DNA of 64,000 bases, from the NCBI GenBank assembly GCA_963734545.1, contig CAVTHO010000003.1, positions 128,001 through 192,000 of the forward strand. Reading direction: 5' to 3'. Below, in pieces: positions 60,875 to 64,000 of this stretch. A model generated the notes under the pieces. The model saw only the letters and a list, made by a program, of their open reading frames with translations. It did not search any database and was not told where the DNA came from. Each line of letters opens with the position of its first letter. Within the stretch, counting starts at the first letter, position 1. The DNA is from an uncultured Spirochaetota bacterium (GTDB taxonomy: Bacteria; Spirochaetota; Spirochaetia; SZUA-6; Fen-1364). The translations under genes and the position numbers were made by a program.

Positions 60875-61378
60875 GTGCAGCAGTTCCGTGTGGAGCCGGA
60901 AGACGACACCGGCAGCGTCATGCAGTTCCTGGAAGACAGGATCTACGAGTACAACTCGAAGGAAACCGGAAGGGATGATGGCCGGCTCTTCTCAAGAGTT
61001 GTCCGGGATACCAAAGGGGACATCGTTGGCGGCGTTGCCGGATGGACGTGGGCGGCTGTCTGTGAGATCACGCAGCTTTGGGTGAGCCAGAGCGTGCGCA
61101 ACAAGGGAATCGGAAAATTGCTCCTCCAGGCAGCGGAAGGCGAAGCGAGGGAGAAGAATTGCACGAAGGTTCTCGTGAGAACCTACAGCTTTCAGGCACC
61201 GCGGTTCTATGAGAAGCACGGGTACAATATAGAACAAGTCACTGAGAACTTCCCCGAAGGTCACCGTTACTACACTCTTATGAAAGCCAATCTGACCCCG
61301 CGCAGTGCCGGCTTGATCGGTCACAAATCCTCGAGAAACCTCAGCACGCGATCCAGCATTGAAGCCGCCGACGCCTGA
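60875..61378 (+). CDS. GNAT acetyltransferase
   Basis: LWVSQSVRNKGIG, SFQAPRFYEKHGY. Confidence 0.88.
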   Translation: MQQFRVEPEDDTGSVMQFLEDRIYEYNSKETGRDDGRLFSRVVRDTKGDIVGGVAGWTWAAVCEITQLWVSQSVRNKGIGKLLLQAAEGEAREKNCTKVLVRTYSFQAPRFYEKHGYNIEQVTENFPEGHRYYTLMKANLTPRSAGLIGHKSSRNLSTRSSIEAADA

Positions 61379-61899
61379 TCGTAGTCACTTGTATCTTCAT
61401 CCGCGAATAGGTGCCCGGACCCAGCGTAAGAATGCACTGCGCAGGGCTGTCCCGCCTCACGGACAGCTTCCGACAGGGCTGCTACCTGTGCCGCCTCGAC
61501 CCAAGGATCGCCAACCGCGTAGTGTATCTGAACGGGAACGGACGGCCACTTTCCTACGCCCATCATCGCCAGAGGAAGTGCCCCGTGCATGAGAATGGCA
61601 CCGCGTGCCCCTGGCCGCGTGGCGGCGAGATACTGGGCTGACGAAGATCCCATTGAAAATCCTGCGTAGACGACTTGCTTCGGCAGATCAGCGACTGATT
61701 CCTGCGCACGCCCGATCAGGGCGGGAATGCCGATTGCATCGCGTCGCGCAACGCCGTCGTTGAGATCGTTGAACACGTCGCCATCGAAGAAGTCTGGCGT
61801 ATATACCGAATGACCGGCGGAACGCAATTGATCGGCAAATTTGCGAACCGCGGGCCGAAGCCCGAGGGCGGAATGAAAGAGAACGACTGTCTCCGGCAT
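61321..61899 (-). CDS. Dienelactone hydrolase family
   Basis: FHSALGL, GFSMG, GHLFAD. Confidence 0.88.
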   Translation of the reverse strand: MPETVVLFHSALGLRPAVRKFADQLRSAGHSVYTPDFFDGDVFNDLNDGVARRDAIGIPALIGRAQESVADLPKQVVYAGFSMGSSSAQYLAATRPGARGAILMHGALPLAMMGVGKWPSVPVQIHYAVGDPWVEAAQVAALSEAVREAGQPCAVHSYAGSGHLFADEDTSDYDQASAASMLDRVLRFLEDL

Positions 61900-61969
61900 G
61901 ATGGTCTCCTTGCTGTACACTGTACAATATATATTGGACGTTGTCCAGCACTTTCTATAGACTCTTGCC

Positions 61970-62665
61970 ATGAGGCAAAAAGGTCATCCGAAGCGAGCAC
62001 CAGGGGAACGCGCCGGAATCCAAGTCGATTCCGTCTTGGCAGCCGCACTCGCGGTATACGCACGCGAAGGACTCAGCGGCCTGACTATGCGCGCCGTAGC
62101 AAAGGAACTCGATGTCGCTCCAAATGCACTCTATAGCCATGTAAAAAGCAAGGAGCATCTCGTGGACGCTGTGATCGATGCGTTGATGGGCGACGTAGAG
62201 ATTCCAGACCAGTCGATTGAATGGCGCGAGGCTCTCTTTCGACTTATGTGGACATCGCGGACCGTTTTGCTCCAGCATGCCGACCTCATGCCCCTGTTCC
62301 TTTCAAGGCCTGCACGCGGACCCACCGCCCTCCGTCTAGGTGAAGCCACACTTCGATTTCTATCCCGCGGCGGCATACGGGATGAGGCCGCAGTATCCGC
62401 CCTGCGTATCCTTCTTGTGTATACGATTGGTTTTGCGGCGCAAGAAGCGCCACGTCGCGATGACCCGACAAATAGTGAGCGGCTGGCGGAGACGACCAGG
62501 GTCTACAGTAATGCCCATGATCAACCCCACATGCAGGCGCTGGCGGCAACGCTCGCCAGGCATCCGGATGACAGCACCTTCGAGACGGGACTGAATTGGC
62601 TGATCGATGGCATCTCAAACGCCATCGGCCGGAAGAACGCGCCATACAACAAATCGTTGCAGTAG
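61970..62665 (+). CDS. TetR-family regulator
   Basis: LTMRAVAKELDVAPNALYSHVKSKE; FETGLNWLIDG. Confidence 0.9.
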   Translation: MRQKGHPKRAPGERAGIQVDSVLAAALAVYAREGLSGLTMRAVAKELDVAPNALYSHVKSKEHLVDAVIDALMGDVEIPDQSIEWREALFRLMWTSRTVLLQHADLMPLFLSRPARGPTALRLGEATLRFLSRGGIRDEAAVSALRILLVYTIGFAAQEAPRRDDPTNSERLAETTRVYSNAHDQPHMQALAATLARHPDDSTFETGLNWLIDGISNAIGRKNAPYNKSLQ

Positions 62666-62684
62666 TCGCCTTCGAGGCCGTCTA
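62644..62684 (+). mobile_element. Partial attC site 3 (left arm only)
   Basis: AACAAATCGTTGCAGTAGTCGCCTT..AGGCCGTCT nearly identical to attC2; right arm not recognisable. Confidence 0.65.
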
Positions 62685-62805
62685 TGTCCGGCTATCGAGT
62701 GCTGCAATGGATACCGATGCCCGCGGCCGGCGTTGACAGCCCACAGAGCCAATGGCAGACTCCCATGAGTCGCGGCCGTAGTTGTCATAGAAAAAGGAGA
62801 GATCC

Positions 62806-63661
62806 ATGAAAGTCACCATCATAGGCCTGTCAATCATTTTGTCCATTTCGGGCACGTCCCTTCAAGCGCAGAGCTTCGTTGAGACGTATGGGGTCCCTTA
62901 TCAGGGTCATTGGTGGCAGAGAACTTCAGATGGACATTCAGAGACCTCAACCCGTGGGCGTTGCGAAGCCGGCAATTGTGTTTCTTTGCGGCAACGGTTG
63001 GGGATACGATAAGACTCTGAACCGGGAGGGATTCTGGTACGCCCTGGATCTGGCCAATCAAAAGGGATATGTCGCCGTCACTGTGGATTACAGTGCCTCG
63101 GTAGAGAACTCCAACCGCCGACCTATCGGGATCTTCCCTGCGCAAATCCATGACGTCAAAAGTGCCATACGGTTTCTCAGGGCAAACGCAGCGCAGTATG
63201 ACATCGATCCAGCCCGCATTGGGGTTGTTGGCTTCTCATCAGGAGGAAACCTGGCGCTGCTGCTCGGGCTGACGGTTCCGGCGGATGGGCTCGAAGGGCA
63301 GGACGACAATCTCCAGTACTCCAGCTCCGTGCAAGCCGTTGTCAATCTCTCGGGTGCAACGGACCTCGTGAGTTGGAACAGGGAGCCATATGTCAGTGCG
63401 TATTTGGGGGGCTCTCTTCAGGCAAAGCCTGAACAGTACAAGAAGGCTAGTCCTATCAACTATGTCAAACCGGGCAGAGCACCGATTTTGACCATCCATG
63501 GGGACAAGGATACCTCCGTCTCCCCGGATCAGGCGCTGCTGCTTGACGCACGAATGAAAGAAGCGGGCGCGCCTCACACTCTGATAATTGAAAGCGGCCG
63601 TGGTCACACCGACGAGTTGGATCAGGCCGTTTGGGATTTCCTGGAGAAGGCGCTCAAGTAG
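62806..63661 (+). CDS. Secreted alpha/beta hydrolase (esterase; frameshift near 62905)
   Basis: Signal peptide in ORF 62806; FPAQIHDVKSAIR, GFSSGG, HGDKD, GH. Confidence 0.82.
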
Positions 63662-63841
63662 CCGGCCTGCAGTGGACAACAGCTTAGGCGAGAGAGACCA
63701 GGGTTCAAAGTTGAAGTGCAATAGTCTTGAGCTCCGATAATCCTCCTAGGTTGTGATCTCATCCGAAAAGTCCAATTGCCGAGGGGCAGGTGCGATGGTA
63801 TAGTACTCTGAGAAAAGGGCAGATTCAAAAAGGAGCGAATC

Positions 63842-64000
63842 ATGGGTAGGCACCAAAATGGATCGACAGCGGGCTGCCCGCTGCGGTTCCCGGTCCTGTT
63901 GCTGGCATTCGTGGTCCTGGCAGGCGGCACTGCCCTGGCCCAACAGAATTCCCAGCCGTCCGGCAACGCCACAGACAGAGTCATCTACAACGCCGGATGG
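63842..64000 (+). CDS. Start of a probable secreted protein (truncated by edge, possible frameshift)
   Basis: AAGGAG RBS; signal-like LLLAFVVLAGGTALAQ. Confidence 0.4.
   Translation, partial: MGRHQNGSTAGCPLRFPVLLLAFVVLAGGTALAQQNSQPSGNATDRVIYNAGW

Noticed and set aside
57287-62684. Repeats as a CRISPR array
   Set aside because: Copies are kilobases apart, flank whole genes and fold as attC; no cas genes
63661-63760. Further attC after the alpha/beta hydrolase
   Set aside because: No convincing inverted arms or match to the other repeats

Overview
High-GC bacterial DNA; the gene content suggests an anaerobic spirochaete, but that is an inference. Many single-base frameshifts look like long-read indel errors. 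Three zones: (1) 3.4-38 kb is a co-oriented catabolic cluster behind a GntR/FadR regulator. It encodes a DapA-like lyase, ATP-dependent hydantoinase A/B, opine dehydrogenase, an atypical carbamoyltransferase, a full glycine/betaine-reductase-type selenoprotein system (GrdB-, GrdE-like, TrxB, GrdA, TrxA, GrdC/D), a xanthine-dehydrogenase-family Mo enzyme, an amidohydrolase, a PreA-like flavo-FeS enzyme, a BMP-family ABC transporter resembling the spirochaete riboflavin importer RfuABCD, a Zn-dehydrogenase/FGGY kinase/class I aldolase trio and an MFS. It abuts a convergent selD-selC-selA-selB locus. Three in-frame UGA (Sec) codons were missed by the ORF track. Best hypothesis: an uncharacterised anaerobic pathway degrading riboflavin or a related ribityl/pteridine compound, with a novel Grd-type reductase. 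(2) 38-53.6 kb holds housekeeping and regulatory genes, including ilvBN with a leader-peptide attenuator, a two-component system, ACP/FabH, an ankyrin protein and a radical SAM enzyme. (3) 53.7-64 kb is a decaying integron-like cassette array with attC sites and no intact integrase. It carries a type IIG restriction-modification enzyme, a PIN-like membrane protein and small enzyme genes.
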